Shown piece by piece: positions 19,288 to 29,490 of a stretch of DNA of 64,000 bases (within the stretch, counting starts at the first letter, position 1; the number at the start of each line of letters is the position of its first letter). The notes under the pieces are model-generated. The model saw nothing but the letters and a program-made list of their open reading frames with translations. It made no database searches and was not told the origin of the DNA. The stretch comes from Myxococcota bacterium (GTDB lineage: Bacteria; Myxococcota_A; SURF-8), in contig OZ223209.1 in the NCBI GenBank assembly GCA_965140415.1, forward strand, positions 2,240,001 through 2,304,000, given 5' to 3'. The position numbers were made by a program, and so were the translations under genes.

Positions 19288-19920
19288 ATGGAATCAGAAA
19301 AACCCAAGAGAAACGCGAAACTAGCAAAAGCTCGCTTGCTTCGTGAAGCAGAGAAATTGTTTGTTAAAAAAGGATATCATGCCGTTTCCGTGGATGAGAT
19401 CGCTGCCAAAACGAAGCTGAACAAGCGAATGATCTATGTGTATTTCGGTTCAAAAGAAAAGTTGTACACCGAAGTGCTTAGAACGAATTTTGCCAAAATA
19501 GAAGAACTGGACATTCCAGAGCAGCAGAATGAAGGTGATTATTTCGAGAGACTTTCCGGATTGATGCACCAGTATTTTTTCTTTCTCTCCAGAAATCCGA
19601 ATTTCGTGAGGCTGCTGGCCTGGGAGATTCTGCTTGCGGATAAACGTTCGTTAAAACGGCTGGCTCAATATGCCTTTGGCGGCATTACGATGCTTCGTGA
19701 TGCTCTGGAAGAAGGGATCGATCGTGGAATTCTGCGGGAAGACCTCCGATTGCATACCTTGTCTTTTGCCGTGATTTCACTCTTTTACAATTTCTTCAGT
19801 ATGCGTCCGCTGGCTCAGGAGTTCTGGAATAGAGATCTGGAAAACGATGAAGCCCTCCATAAGATGCTGCGTCAATTGACGACTCTCTTTATGGAAGGTG
19901 CAGTAAATAGACCTCGTTAA
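19288..19920 (+). CDS. TetR/AcrR family transcriptional regulator
   Basis: AEKLFVKKGYHAVSVDEIA...MIYVYFGSKEKLY helix-turn-helix. Confidence 0.93.
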   Translation: MESEKPKRNAKLAKARLLREAEKLFVKKGYHAVSVDEIAAKTKLNKRMIYVYFGSKEKLYTEVLRTNFAKIEELDIPEQQNEGDYFERLSGLMHQYFFFLSRNPNFVRLLAWEILLADKRSLKRLAQYAFGGITMLRDALEEGIDRGILREDLRLHTLSFAVISLFYNFFSMRPLAQEFWNRDLENDEALHKMLRQLTTLFMEGAVNRPR

Positions 19921-20246
19921 TGGAAGGATCACAAATGATGAATCGTTTGCAGAACATAGCGGTTGTGCTTTTAGCGGCAATTTTGTGTGTAGTCGTTTTC
20001 CAGGCTTGCGAAAGAGCCGAAATGAAACAGGAAAAAGCGATTACCGGGTTGATAGACGCCACGGAAATCGACATCGCTTCCAAAATCCCGGGGCGAGTCA
20101 AAGAGATGGCGGTGCGCGAAGGAGATCGGGTGGAGAAAGGTCAGAAGCTGTTGACGTTATCCAGTGATGAAATCGAGGCCAAAATCGCTCAGGTCAATGC
20201 CGGTATCGATGCTTCGAAGGCGCAACTGGATATGGCTCGCAGTTAG
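19920..20246 (+). pseudogene. Truncated HlyD-family membrane-fusion (efflux adaptor) gene
   Basis: GLIDATEIDIASKIPGRVKEMAVREGDRVEKGQKL lipoyl half, then a stop early in the coiled coil at 108 aa, overlapping the nadB stop. Confidence 0.75.
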
Positions 20247-21841
20247 ATGACGGTATCTCGCTTGCAGAGTCCGTCATCCAAGTAGGGATAATCTCTGTTG
20301 TAGTGCAAGCCGCGTGATTCGTGTCTTAGTCTGGCTGAACGAATGATCAATTCCGCGACTTGAGCGATGTTACGCAGCTCAATGAAATCGGATGTCAGAT
20401 TGTATTTCCAATAGTAGGTTTCCACTTCCTGACGCACCAAACTGATGCGATGGCTTGCACGTTCCAAGCGGTTTTCCGTGCGGGCAATACCGACAAAATT
20501 CCACATAAATCGCCGGATTTCTTCCCAAGTCTGGGTAACGATTACCTTTTCATCTGCGGGAACGGCACGGCCATAATCCCAGGTCGGTACATTGCGGATG
20601 GTTTCCTCGCGAATGCGAGTTTTGATGCTTTCAACGGAATGTTTTGCGGCTCGCGAACCGAAAACGACCGCTTCCAGCAGGCTGTTGCTGGCCAATCGAT
20701 TCGCTCCGTGTAAGCCGGTACAGGCAACTTCACCGATGGCGTAAAGTCCTTCAATGTTGGTTTTTCCGTTTTCATCGGTCATGACGCCGCCACAGGAGAA
20801 ATGCGCAGCCGGAACCACTGGGATCGGTTCGCTGGAAATGTCGATTCCGTATTTCAGACATTGGCGGTAGATATTTGGAAAACGTTGCTGTATGAAATCG
20901 GGTTCGCGGGCGCTCATGTCCAGTACGACGTATTCATCGCCGGTGGTCTTCATCTCGGTGTCGATGGCGCGCGCAACGATGTCACGAGGTGCCAGCGATT
21001 CCATTTGATGATATTTGTGCATGAACAGTTCCCCGTTCTGCCGCTTCAATATGCCGCCTTCACCGCGCAACGCCTCTGAAATCAGAAACGATTTTGCCTT
21101 CGGGTGGAACAGGCAGGTCGGGTGAAACTGATAAAACTCCATATTGGCGATACGCGCCCCTGCTCGACGAGCCATGGCGATGCCGTCACCGGTGGCGACA
21201 TCCGGGTTGCTTGTATATAAGTAGACTTTGCCTGCACCTCCGGTGGCTAAGCAGGTAACGGGAGCGGAAAAGGTTTTAACCACTTGCGAACGGATATCAA
21301 GTGCATAAGCTCCCATGCAGATGCGATCGGATAGGTTGCCGGTGATTTTGTGTTTCATCAGCAGGTCGACGACGATGTGATACTCCAATACCTCGATATT
21401 GGGATGATCCATCACCTTTTCGGCAAGAGCGACTTCCACTGCCTGTCCGGTGAAGTCATCGACATGCAACACACGGCGTTTGGTATGACCTCCCTCGCGT
21501 CCGAGATCGTATTTTTCAGGGTTCTGTTCTGAGCGGTTGAAACTGACACCCATATCAACCAACTTTTTAATGGCTGCCGGTCCTTCTTCCACACATAATT
21601 GTACGATAGATTCTTTGCAGAGACCTGCTCCGGCATTTAGCGTATCGCGGATGTGATCGTCGAAGGAGTCTTTGCTGGATACAACCGAGGCAATGCCGCC
21701 CTGTGCGCGGTAAGTGTTGCTTTCCGTAATATTGCGTTTGGTCAACATGATGACTTTGCCGTGATCGGCCACTTCCAACGCAAAGTTCATTCCGGCCAAA
21801 CCGGAACCCATTACCAAATAATCACAAGGAATGATCATCAT
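20243..21841 (-). CDS. nadB: L-aspartate oxidase
   Basis: GSGLAG, AQGGIA, REGGH, QFHPT, LISEALRGEG, LAPRDIVARAI, GLHGANRLASNSLLE, ESRGLHY. Confidence 0.96.
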   Translation of the reverse strand: MMIIPCDYLVMGSGLAGMNFALEVADHGKVIMLTKRNITESNTYRAQGGIASVVSSKDSFDDHIRDTLNAGAGLCKESIVQLCVEEGPAAIKKLVDMGVSFNRSEQNPEKYDLGREGGHTKRRVLHVDDFTGQAVEVALAEKVMDHPNIEVLEYHIVVDLLMKHKITGNLSDRICMGAYALDIRSQVVKTFSAPVTCLATGGAGKVYLYTSNPDVATGDGIAMARRAGARIANMEFYQFHPTCLFHPKAKSFLISEALRGEGGILKRQNGELFMHKYHQMESLAPRDIVARAIDTEMKTTGDEYVVLDMSAREPDFIQQRFPNIYRQCLKYGIDISSEPIPVVPAAHFSCGGVMTDENGKTNIEGLYAIGEVACTGLHGANRLASNSLLEAVVFGSRAAKHSVESIKTRIREETIRNVPTWDYGRAVPADEKVIVTQTWEEIRRFMWNFVGIARTENRLERASHRISLVRQEVETYYWKYNLTSDFIELRNIAQVAELIIRSARLRHESRGLHYNRDYPYLDDGLCKRDTVI

Positions 21842-21892
21842 ACACTCCTGATAAAACTTGTGGTCTTCTGTATTGCTTACACAACGGCGGCG

Positions 21893-21921
21893 ATCCTACC
21901 CCTTTGCAAAAGATTGTGCAA
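21893..21921 (-). promoter_or_regulatory. Candidate nadB promoter overlapped by TTGCA-N8-TGCAA
   Basis: Minus strand TTGCAC-17 bp-TAGGAT. Confidence 0.45.
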
Positions 21922-21990
21922 GGGTTTGATCTTTTCAGCTTCTCTTCATGTCATTATTGGGATGAGATTTCTCAGTTGGTTAGGAGGCAT

Positions 21991-22023
21991 AAAAGAAACC
22001 GGACCCTTAAAAAAGGACCCGGC
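21991..22023 (-). terminator. Intrinsic terminator of lon
   Basis: Minus-strand RNA GCCGGGUCCUU-UUUU-AAGGGUCCGGU followed by UUCUUUU. Confidence 0.7.
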
Positions 22024-22042
22024 AAGATTTTTTATCAACCAA

Positions 22043-24394
22043 TTAGTTTGAAGCGATTGTATGTTGCAGGATTTCGTCCATGTCGCGGATAAAGACGAAA
22101 TTCAAGGCTTTTCTGGAAGATTCGGAAATGTCATCCAGGTCTTTTTCATTGCGTTCCGGCAACAGGATGGTTTTGATTCCTGCCCGTTTGGCGGCTAGGA
22201 CTTTTTCCTTTATTCCGCCAACCGGCAAGACCGTCCCGCGCAGTGTGATTTCTCCCGTCATGGCGATATCTTTATTGATCGGCTGGTTTTTCAGCAGGGA
22301 GGTCAGGGCGGCCATCATCGTCACACCGGCTGAAGGGCCATCTTTGGGAATCGCACCGGCTGGGACATGGATGTGAACGTCGTGAGTCGAGAATACTTCC
22401 TCGTCGATACTCAACTCTTTGGAGCGACTGCGAATGTAGGACATGGCTGCTTTGGCGGATTCCTTCATGACATCACCCAGTTGACCAGTCGTTGTCAGAT
22501 CTCCGCGTCCTTTCATCATGGTCGCTTCGATAAACAGGATGTCGCCGCCTACCGGTGTCCAGGCCAAGCCAGTAGCGACGCCACTGCGGCTGGTACGTTC
22601 GGCAACTTCCGAGTAATACTTTTCTTTGCCTAGGATTTCTTCAACTCTTTCGGGCGTGATTATCTGTTTGTCCTTGTTCCCATAGGCAACATCTCGTGCA
22701 ACCGCACGGCAGATGCCTGCAATTTCACGTTTGAGGTTACGGACGCCTGCCTCTTTGGTGTAGCTGTTGATCATGTGGCTGAGCGCTTCGTCCGTAAATT
22801 CAATCATGTCTTCACTCAGACCGTGCTCGACGACATTTTCACCAATCAGATAACGTTTGGCGATCAGCAGTTTTTCTTCCTCGGTATAACCGGGAATGTT
22901 TATTACTTCCATGCGGTCCAGCAGAGGGGGCGGGACGGTGTCCAGCGTGTTGGCGGTAGTAATGAACATGACCCGCGAAAGATCGAAGGGAACGTCGATA
23001 TAATGATCGGAGAAAGCATGATTCTGCTCGGGGTCAAGCACTTCCAGCAAGGCGGAGGCTGGATCGCCACGGAAATCTTTCCCCAATTTCTCGATTTCAT
23101 CCAGCATGAAAACCGGGTTGTTGGTTCCTGCTTTTTTCAAGCCTGTCAGAATACGCCCCGGCAATGCGCCGATATAGGTTCGGCGATGTCCTCGAATCTC
23201 TGCTTCATCATGAACGCCGCCAAGCGACATCCGATGGAACTCACGACCCAAGGCTCTTGCAATCGAGCGACCGAGCGAGGTCTTTCCAACTCCCGGAGGG
23301 CCTTGTAGGCAGAGAATCGGTCCTTTTAGATTGCTGTTTTTCAACTTGAGCACGGCTAGGTATTCCAGGATTCGTCGCTTGACCTTCGCCAGGTCGTAGT
23401 GATCTTCCTCTAAAATATCCTCGGCAGATTTTAGATCTAGGTTGTCCGTAGTCGATTTCGACCATGGCAGTTCGATCATCCAGTCGAGATAGGTGCGTAC
23501 AACCTGATATTCTGGGGAACTGGTGTGCATGCGAGCCAGCCTTTTAAGCTCCTTCATGGCGGCTTCGTAGGCTTCTTCCGGCAGTTTGGCGTCTTCGATT
23601 GCACGGCGAAGTTTCTCGATTTCTTCCGAATCTCCGTCGGTTTCACCCAATTCCCGCTGGATGGCTTTCATCTGTTCACGCAAATAGGCTTCGCGCTGGT
23701 GGTGGTCGATTTTGTCTTTGACTTCAGACTGGATTTTGTTCCCAAGTTCCAGCACATCCAGTTCACGAGTCAGAATGCCCGTGATATCCTTCAATCTTTC
23801 CCGAAGATCCATCACTTCGAGAATACGTTGCTTATTCTCGACTTCCAGATCCAGATAATGTGCAACCATATCCGCCAGATAGGAAGGGGTCGGTGCTTTG
23901 TCCACCAGGAAACCGGCTTCGTCCGGTATGGTGGTGGACATGCGGATAACTTTGTGAACCGTGCTCTTCAGATTAAGGAAAAGCGCTTTCATTTCAAGGT
24001 CATCCGTGTTGAAAGGCTCCTCCTGGAAATACTCTACTTCCGCTTGGTGATATGGGAATTCGGAAACCATATCCACGATTTTAAAGCGGGCGATGCCTTG
24101 GATCAGGATACTGGCCGTCCCTTCTTTCGGATCCGATGCTTTGATGATTTTTCCAATAGTTCCATACTCATACAGATCTTTTTGTTCAGGCAGATCCACG
24201 TTCCCGTCTTTTTGGGCCACAATGCCCATCAATCCCCCACCTTCCACCACATCACTGAGCAATTTCAGTGATTTTTCCCTGCCGATGGACAACGGCAGTG
24301 TCATATAGGGGAAAAGTACGGTGTTTCTTACGGGCAGCAAGGGAACGATGCCGGGCAGCGCTGTTTCTTGGATCAGTTCATTTTCTGGTGACAT
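22043..24394 (-). CDS. lon: ATP-dependent Lon protease
   Basis: LON N-domain, GPPGVGKTS, RRTYIGALPG, PKDGPSAG, VGGIKEK. Confidence 0.97.
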   Translation of the reverse strand: MSPENELIQETALPGIVPLLPVRNTVLFPYMTLPLSIGREKSLKLLSDVVEGGGLMGIVAQKDGNVDLPEQKDLYEYGTIGKIIKASDPKEGTASILIQGIARFKIVDMVSEFPYHQAEVEYFQEEPFNTDDLEMKALFLNLKSTVHKVIRMSTTIPDEAGFLVDKAPTPSYLADMVAHYLDLEVENKQRILEVMDLRERLKDITGILTRELDVLELGNKIQSEVKDKIDHHQREAYLREQMKAIQRELGETDGDSEEIEKLRRAIEDAKLPEEAYEAAMKELKRLARMHTSSPEYQVVRTYLDWMIELPWSKSTTDNLDLKSAEDILEEDHYDLAKVKRRILEYLAVLKLKNSNLKGPILCLQGPPGVGKTSLGRSIARALGREFHRMSLGGVHDEAEIRGHRRTYIGALPGRILTGLKKAGTNNPVFMLDEIEKLGKDFRGDPASALLEVLDPEQNHAFSDHYIDVPFDLSRVMFITTANTLDTVPPPLLDRMEVINIPGYTEEEKLLIAKRYLIGENVVEHGLSEDMIEFTDEALSHMINSYTKEAGVRNLKREIAGICRAVARDVAYGNKDKQIITPERVEEILGKEKYYSEVAERTSRSGVATGLAWTPVGGDILFIEATMMKGRGDLTTTGQLGDVMKESAKAAMSYIRSRSKELSIDEEVFSTHDVHIHVPAGAIPKDGPSAGVTMMAALTSLLKNQPINKDIAMTGEITLRGTVLPVGGIKEKVLAAKRAGIKTILLPERNEKDLDDISESSRKALNFVFIRDMDEILQHTIASN

Positions 24395-24761
24395 AGTCTC
24401 TATTTCCCTTTATCAGCTATGGCTGTTTCAATCGGTTTCTTTCGCTTCGTCTATAATATCTAATTTCAATTATAAGAAAGTCAAGATGCACGAAGCAAGT
24501 TTCCTTGAATATCTTTAATTCGTAAAAACTCAGTGAAATTGCTATTTCACTTGTACTGCGCTTCCCAACATATGATATACTTACAGACTGAATTTATTTC
24601 CCCTTTGAAAAAGGGGGATAAGTTTGTTGATAGATGCGTAGTTGCATCATAGAAAATGGGAACATTGACCACAAGTGATTTGTCTCTCTCTAATGTCTGG
24701 TTGCACATAGTTTGTAAACGAACCTGCACGAACAACAAGTTAGAAGGGGTGGCTTAGCAGT

Positions 24762-25796
24762 ATGACGACCGAGTCCGACAAGCCGATCAAGCCGCGTTTC
24801 GTGGAAGTACTTCCCAGCGAGGAGGAACTTAGCGAAGACGAACTTGAAATGTCCGAAGATGAGGATACGGATTATGAAGAACAAAGTGATGACTCGGAAG
24901 TGTCATCGTCGCCATTTGCAGCCTCTTCTTCAACGCAATTGGCTCCCCGTTCTTCTTCGTCACTGGTGCGATTCGATCCGCTTCAGCGGTATTTATCCGA
25001 AATCCGCCAGTATCCGCTGCTAAGTCGGGAAGATGAACACGATCTTGCTGTCAGGTATCACGAAGAAGGAGATCTCGAGGCGGCTCATCATCTGGTTACT
25101 GGGAATCTCAGGCTGGTCGTCAAGATTTCGATGGAATATCATAAGTACTGGATGAATCTTTTAGATTTGGTTCAAGAAGGCAATGTTGGTCTTATGCAGG
25201 CTGTCAAACATTACGATCCATACAAGGGCGTCAAGCTCAGTTCCTATGCTTCGTTCTGGATAAAGGCCTATATTCTCAAGTTCATCATCGACAACTGGTC
25301 TTTGGTGAAAATCGGCACCACTCAGGCGCAGCGTAAGCTCTTTTTCAATTTGAAGAAGCAGAAAGAGAAATATGCGCTACTGGGATACGATCCGGGTGCG
25401 GAGCAGATCGCCAAAGACCTCAGCGTCAAGCCTTCTCTCGTTGTTGAAATGGAACAACGTATGGCGGGCGGCGATTTGTCACTGGATCAGCCGGTTGGAC
25501 ATGAATCCGAAGACCGACATATTGATTTTCTTCCATCTAACGATGAAGGGATCGATGACTTCCTGGCAGACAAGGAAATTCGGGATCTTTTCAAGGAAAA
25601 GCTCAAAGAGTATCGCAGTCAGTTGAAGGACAAGGAATTGTATATCTTCGATCACCGATTGCTTTCCGAAACCCCTGAAACGTTGAATAGCATCGGGGAT
25701 CGTTATGGGATTTCGCGAGAACGTATTCGTCAAATCGAAGAACGTTTGGTAGACAAAATCCGGCAGTATTTTCGTGAGGAGGTAGAAGAACCATGA
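24762..25796 (+). CDS. rpoH: RpoH-like (sigma32 family) sigma factor with acidic N-terminal extension
   Basis: NLRLVVKI, DLVQEGNVGLMQAV, RpoH-box-like TTQAQRKLFFNL, ISRERIRQIE. Confidence 0.85.
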   Translation: MTTESDKPIKPRFVEVLPSEEELSEDELEMSEDEDTDYEEQSDDSEVSSSPFAASSSTQLAPRSSSSLVRFDPLQRYLSEIRQYPLLSREDEHDLAVRYHEEGDLEAAHHLVTGNLRLVVKISMEYHKYWMNLLDLVQEGNVGLMQAVKHYDPYKGVKLSSYASFWIKAYILKFIIDNWSLVKIGTTQAQRKLFFNLKKQKEKYALLGYDPGAEQIAKDLSVKPSLVVEMEQRMAGGDLSLDQPVGHESEDRHIDFLPSNDEGIDDFLADKEIRDLFKEKLKEYRSQLKDKELYIFDHRLLSETPETLNSIGDRYGISRERIRQIEERLVDKIRQYFREEVEEP

Positions 25797-28354
25797 AAAT
25801 CCGCGCCTACACCGTCAGTCCCTCGTTACCGAGGCGTCTTTTCCCGCTCATGAATGTGAGCCGAAACATTTACTGGTGTTGGATGCCGGAGGCAGTAGAG
25901 TTGTTCCGGCGTATCGACATCGACCTTTGGGAATCGACCGGACACAATCCAGTGCGTCTGTTGGGAGAGGTCAGCCAGCAGCGCTTGGAGGATTTGTCCA
26001 AGGATGAAAGTTTTCTCGCTCACATGGACAATGTGGCCATCGAACTGGAAGACTATCAAAGCACACGGCATTGGTTCGCGCAGAACCATCCCGATATGAA
26101 AGGGATGAATATCTGCTACTTTTCCGCCGAATTCGGTTTACACGAATCGTTGCCGATCTATTCCGGCGGTTTGGGATTGTTGGCGGGCGACCATCTCAAG
26201 GCGGCCAGCGATCTGGGATTGCCGCTGACGGGAATTGGCTTGCTTTACCGGCAAGGATATTTCCGGCAGTATTTGAATATCGAAGGCTGGCAGCAGGAAA
26301 GCTACCCGGAAAACGATTTCTCCGTCATGCCTTTTTCTTTGTTGAAAGACAAAGAGGGCAAGCCGGTGCTGGTGAGCGTGCATCTGCCCGGGCGTGAAGT
26401 GGTGGTTCAATGCTGGAGTTTGAATGTCGGGCGCGTCCGTCTGTTGATGCTCGATACCAACCTGCTTCCCAATCGCCCGGAAGATCGTGAAATTACGAGC
26501 CAATTGTATGGCGGCGATCTGGAAATGCGCTTGAAGCAGGAGATCGTTTTAGGTATCGGCGGAATTCGCTTGCTGCGTGCAATTGGCATCATTCCGAATG
26601 TGTGTCATATGAACGAGGGGCATTCGGCCTTTTTGGCGCTGGAGCGTATCCGCTTTTTCGTCGAGGAGCACAACCTCGATTTCCAGACTGCCCAGGAAAT
26701 CGTTTCGGCAAGCAATGTTTTTACTACCCATACGCCGGTGCCTGCTGGAAACGACGTGTTCCCGCCGGATATGGTGGACCACTATTTCCGCGACTACTAC
26801 AACAACCTTCATTTGAACCGGGAACAGTTCTTGGGGTTGGGGCGTCAAGACCCATTTGACAGAAACGAACAGTTCTGCATGACGGTCCTGGCGATTCGGC
26901 TTGCTGCCCACCGCAACGGTGTATCCAAACTCCATGGGCAAGTATCGCGCAAAATGTGGGAAAGAATCTGGCCGGGTTTGAACCCGGATGAAATCCCCAT
27001 CGGTCACATCACGAATGGCGTACACATTCCTGGTTGGATCAGCCACGATCTGGCCCAACTCTACACTCGCTATCTCGGCCCGCGCTGGATCATGAATTCA
27101 CAGGATCATCAGGCCTGGGAAGGAATTACGCGCGTACCGGATGCCGAACTCTGGCGTACTCACGAGCGACGCAGAGAGCGCCTGGTCGGCTTCGCACGTC
27201 GAAGACTGCACAACCAGGAAGTGTCGCGTGGCGCGATTCAGACCGATATCCAGCGAGTTGGAGAGGTGCTGGACCCGGAAGCGTTGACTTTGGGTTTCGC
27301 TCGCCGCTATGCCACATATAAACGTGGCGCTCTGCTATTCAGCGATCCCGACCGACTGGACCGGATTTTGAATGACAAGGACCGTCCGGTTCAGATCATT
27401 TTTGCCGGAAAGGCTCATCCCCAGGATTCTCTGGGAAAAGAGGTTATCAAGACCATTATCCAATATGCCCGCGAACCGCGTTTCAGAAATCGGGTTGTGT
27501 TCATTGAAGATTACGATATCAACGTTGCCAGCCACCTCGTACAGGGAGTGGACGTCTGGATCAACACGCCACGTCGTCCGTTGGAGGCCAGCGGTACCAG
27601 CGGCATGAAGGCTGCGGCCAATGGCGTTATCAATGTCAGTATTCTCGACGGCTGGTGGGATGAGGCATACAACAAGGATAATGGCTGGGCTATCGGCAAT
27701 GGGGAAGAATACGCCGATCATGCTTACCAGGATGAAGTGGAAAGTCGGGCTTTATTCGATCTTCTGGAAGAGGAAATCGTCCCGATGTTTTACAAGCGTG
27801 GTGCGGATGGTTTGCCGCGTCAGTGGCTGGCATTGATGAAGCAATCGATTTTAAGCAACGCCTCGGTCTTCAATACAAACAGAATGGTAATCGATTATCT
27901 GGATAAATTCTATAAGCCCGGGGCCTTTGCCCGTGAAAAACTCATGATGGATGATTTGAAACCGGCTCGTGAACTGGCCGAATGGAAGAACTCCATTCGT
28001 CGTCGCTGGGCGCACATCCAGATTCATTCGGTGGATGAGATGGATCCCGAACGCGAGGCTGCGTTAACGGTGGGTGGTCTGTTCCCCGTTAAAGTGCTGG
28101 TTCGATTGGAAGAATTGAAGCCGGATGAGATCGCGGTGGAAGTGTGCTATGGACGGCTGGATAGCGTCGGTAAAATCCGCGATGACCACTCGGTTCGGCT
28201 TTCCTATACGGAACAGCAGGAGGATGGACAGCACGTTTACGAAGGTCAAGTGCCTCTGGATCGGGCCGGACGTTGCGGTTTCAGTGTGCGAGTGCTGCCG
28301 TACCATACGCATATGACTCAGCGCTTCGAGCCGGGTTTGATTATCTGGGAATAG
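25793..28354 (+). CDS. glgP: Alpha-glucan (glycogen) phosphorylase
   Basis: YFSAEFG, YSGGLGLLAGD, HMNEGH, FARRYATYKR, EASGTSGMK (PLP lysine). Confidence 0.95.
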   Translation: MKIRAYTVSPSLPRRLFPLMNVSRNIYWCWMPEAVELFRRIDIDLWESTGHNPVRLLGEVSQQRLEDLSKDESFLAHMDNVAIELEDYQSTRHWFAQNHPDMKGMNICYFSAEFGLHESLPIYSGGLGLLAGDHLKAASDLGLPLTGIGLLYRQGYFRQYLNIEGWQQESYPENDFSVMPFSLLKDKEGKPVLVSVHLPGREVVVQCWSLNVGRVRLLMLDTNLLPNRPEDREITSQLYGGDLEMRLKQEIVLGIGGIRLLRAIGIIPNVCHMNEGHSAFLALERIRFFVEEHNLDFQTAQEIVSASNVFTTHTPVPAGNDVFPPDMVDHYFRDYYNNLHLNREQFLGLGRQDPFDRNEQFCMTVLAIRLAAHRNGVSKLHGQVSRKMWERIWPGLNPDEIPIGHITNGVHIPGWISHDLAQLYTRYLGPRWIMNSQDHQAWEGITRVPDAELWRTHERRRERLVGFARRRLHNQEVSRGAIQTDIQRVGEVLDPEALTLGFARRYATYKRGALLFSDPDRLDRILNDKDRPVQIIFAGKAHPQDSLGKEVIKTIIQYAREPRFRNRVVFIEDYDINVASHLVQGVDVWINTPRRPLEASGTSGMKAAANGVINVSILDGWWDEAYNKDNGWAIGNGEEYADHAYQDEVESRALFDLLEEEIVPMFYKRGADGLPRQWLALMKQSILSNASVFNTNRMVIDYLDKFYKPGAFAREKLMMDDLKPARELAEWKNSIRRRWAHIQIHSVDEMDPEREAALTVGGLFPVKVLVRLEELKPDEIAVEVCYGRLDSVGKIRDDHSVRLSYTEQQEDGQHVYEGQVPLDRAGRCGFSVRVLPYHTHMTQRFEPGLIIWE

Positions 28355-28372
28355 GCTACGAACGAATTACGT

Positions 28373-28411
28373 AAAGAAAACCGGGTCGAAGCCTCGATCC
28401 GGTTTTTCTTT
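28373..28411. terminator. Bidirectional intrinsic terminator
   Basis: aaagaaaaccgggtcga-agcc-tcgatccggtttttcttt between convergent genes. Confidence 0.85.
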
Positions 28412-29490
28412 TACAGCACGATACGAACGTAAAATTCCACCCAGGTCTGGCCGAGTTGGTCGTCCGCTCCGTTATCGCGGATGATGGCCCAGATCGGATA
28501 TAAATTGGGGTCCGTGCGGGCATCCACCGATTCCAGCCCGGTCTGGTCACTTTGTCCTTCTGTGGGATAGCGGTAGTGAGGCACAAGCCATTTCTGGTCC
28601 TGATCGCGGCGTCCAGTAAAGTCACCGTCTAAAGAAGCCCACTGGTAAAGGATATTGGTTTCCAGATCGCCTTCGTCTTCCACCTCAAGGTAGAAATACA
28701 GGACACCGTAGTTGCGTGTCAGCGAATAAATGAAGGGATTCGCCTGGGCGGCGGCACGTCTTGCTGCGATGTCTTCATCGTTGCTGGTCGTGAAAACCAG
28801 GGGGACACGCGCTCCGTCTTCACCGATATGAGCATAGACGGCGGATATTCTTGGATTCTTGTTTTTTTCATCGCGGGTGGAAACGACCAGGGTGCGATAG
28901 CTGGTGCGGGTGTTGGAGGATGCCAGAACCCGCTGAAATTCCTTTTCCATCGTTTCTGGATCTTGGAAATCGAGGGTTACCGTTTCCGTGGTCATAAGCA
29001 GCGCCAGCATCATCGGAGCCAGCCCGTTGCTATCAAAAGCAAAAGAATCGGCAGATGGAACCGTAAATGTGAAACTAGGGAAGAAGCCCATGCTGTCCAT
29101 ATCCAGCATGTCCAGCGAAAGGGGAGGCGTTTCGGTTTCGGCCTCCAGATCGCTGTCGCCATCGGCTGGTGGGCTGAACAGGGATTGGCTCATTTCTTCG
29201 TTGATCAGGGTCCATAGCTGCATCGAAGGAGTCAGCCGCCCTTCGGCATCGGCGGCTAAGAACGAAGCAGTTACTTCCTCTCCCGGAGCGGCTTCCGGTG
29301 GTGATAGTACAATGGAGAGCACTTCCGGTTTCTTGACGATGCCCACGGTCTCGTCTTCGAAGTTGGTTTCAAATGCCCCACAGGCGCCAAATGGAATCAG
29401 CAGCAGGGCGAGCAGTACGATTCGTAGCATCAGGATTCCCCTTTGCGAGGATTGTTTCATCTGTTGGCTCTTGATTTCGTTCATGATCAA
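28411..29490 (-). CDS. Hypothetical lipoprotein downstream of the TonB-dependent receptor
   Basis: Lipobox-like FGAC, PPEAAPGE, N-x-NP, WAIIRD-x-G; acidic; start uncertain. Confidence 0.65.
   Translation of the reverse strand: MIMNEIKSQQMKQSSQRGILMLRIVLLALLLIPFGACGAFETNFEDETVGIVKKPEVLSIVLSPPEAAPGEEVTASFLAADAEGRLTPSMQLWTLINEEMSQSLFSPPADGDSDLEAETETPPLSLDMLDMDSMGFFPSFTFTVPSADSFAFDSNGLAPMMLALLMTTETVTLDFQDPETMEKEFQRVLASSNTRTSYRTLVVSTRDEKNKNPRISAVYAHIGEDGARVPLVFTTSNDEDIAARRAAAQANPFIYSLTRNYGVLYFYLEVEDEGDLETNILYQWASLDGDFTGRRDQDQKWLVPHYRYPTEGQSDQTGLESVDARTDPNLYPIWAIIRDNGADDQLGQTWVEFYVRIVL

Noticed and set aside
24754..24779. CIRCE-like TTAGCAGTA-N8-GAGTCCGAC at the rpoH start
   Set aside because: Spacer is 8 rather than 9 nt, with five mismatches, and it lies mostly in coding sequence
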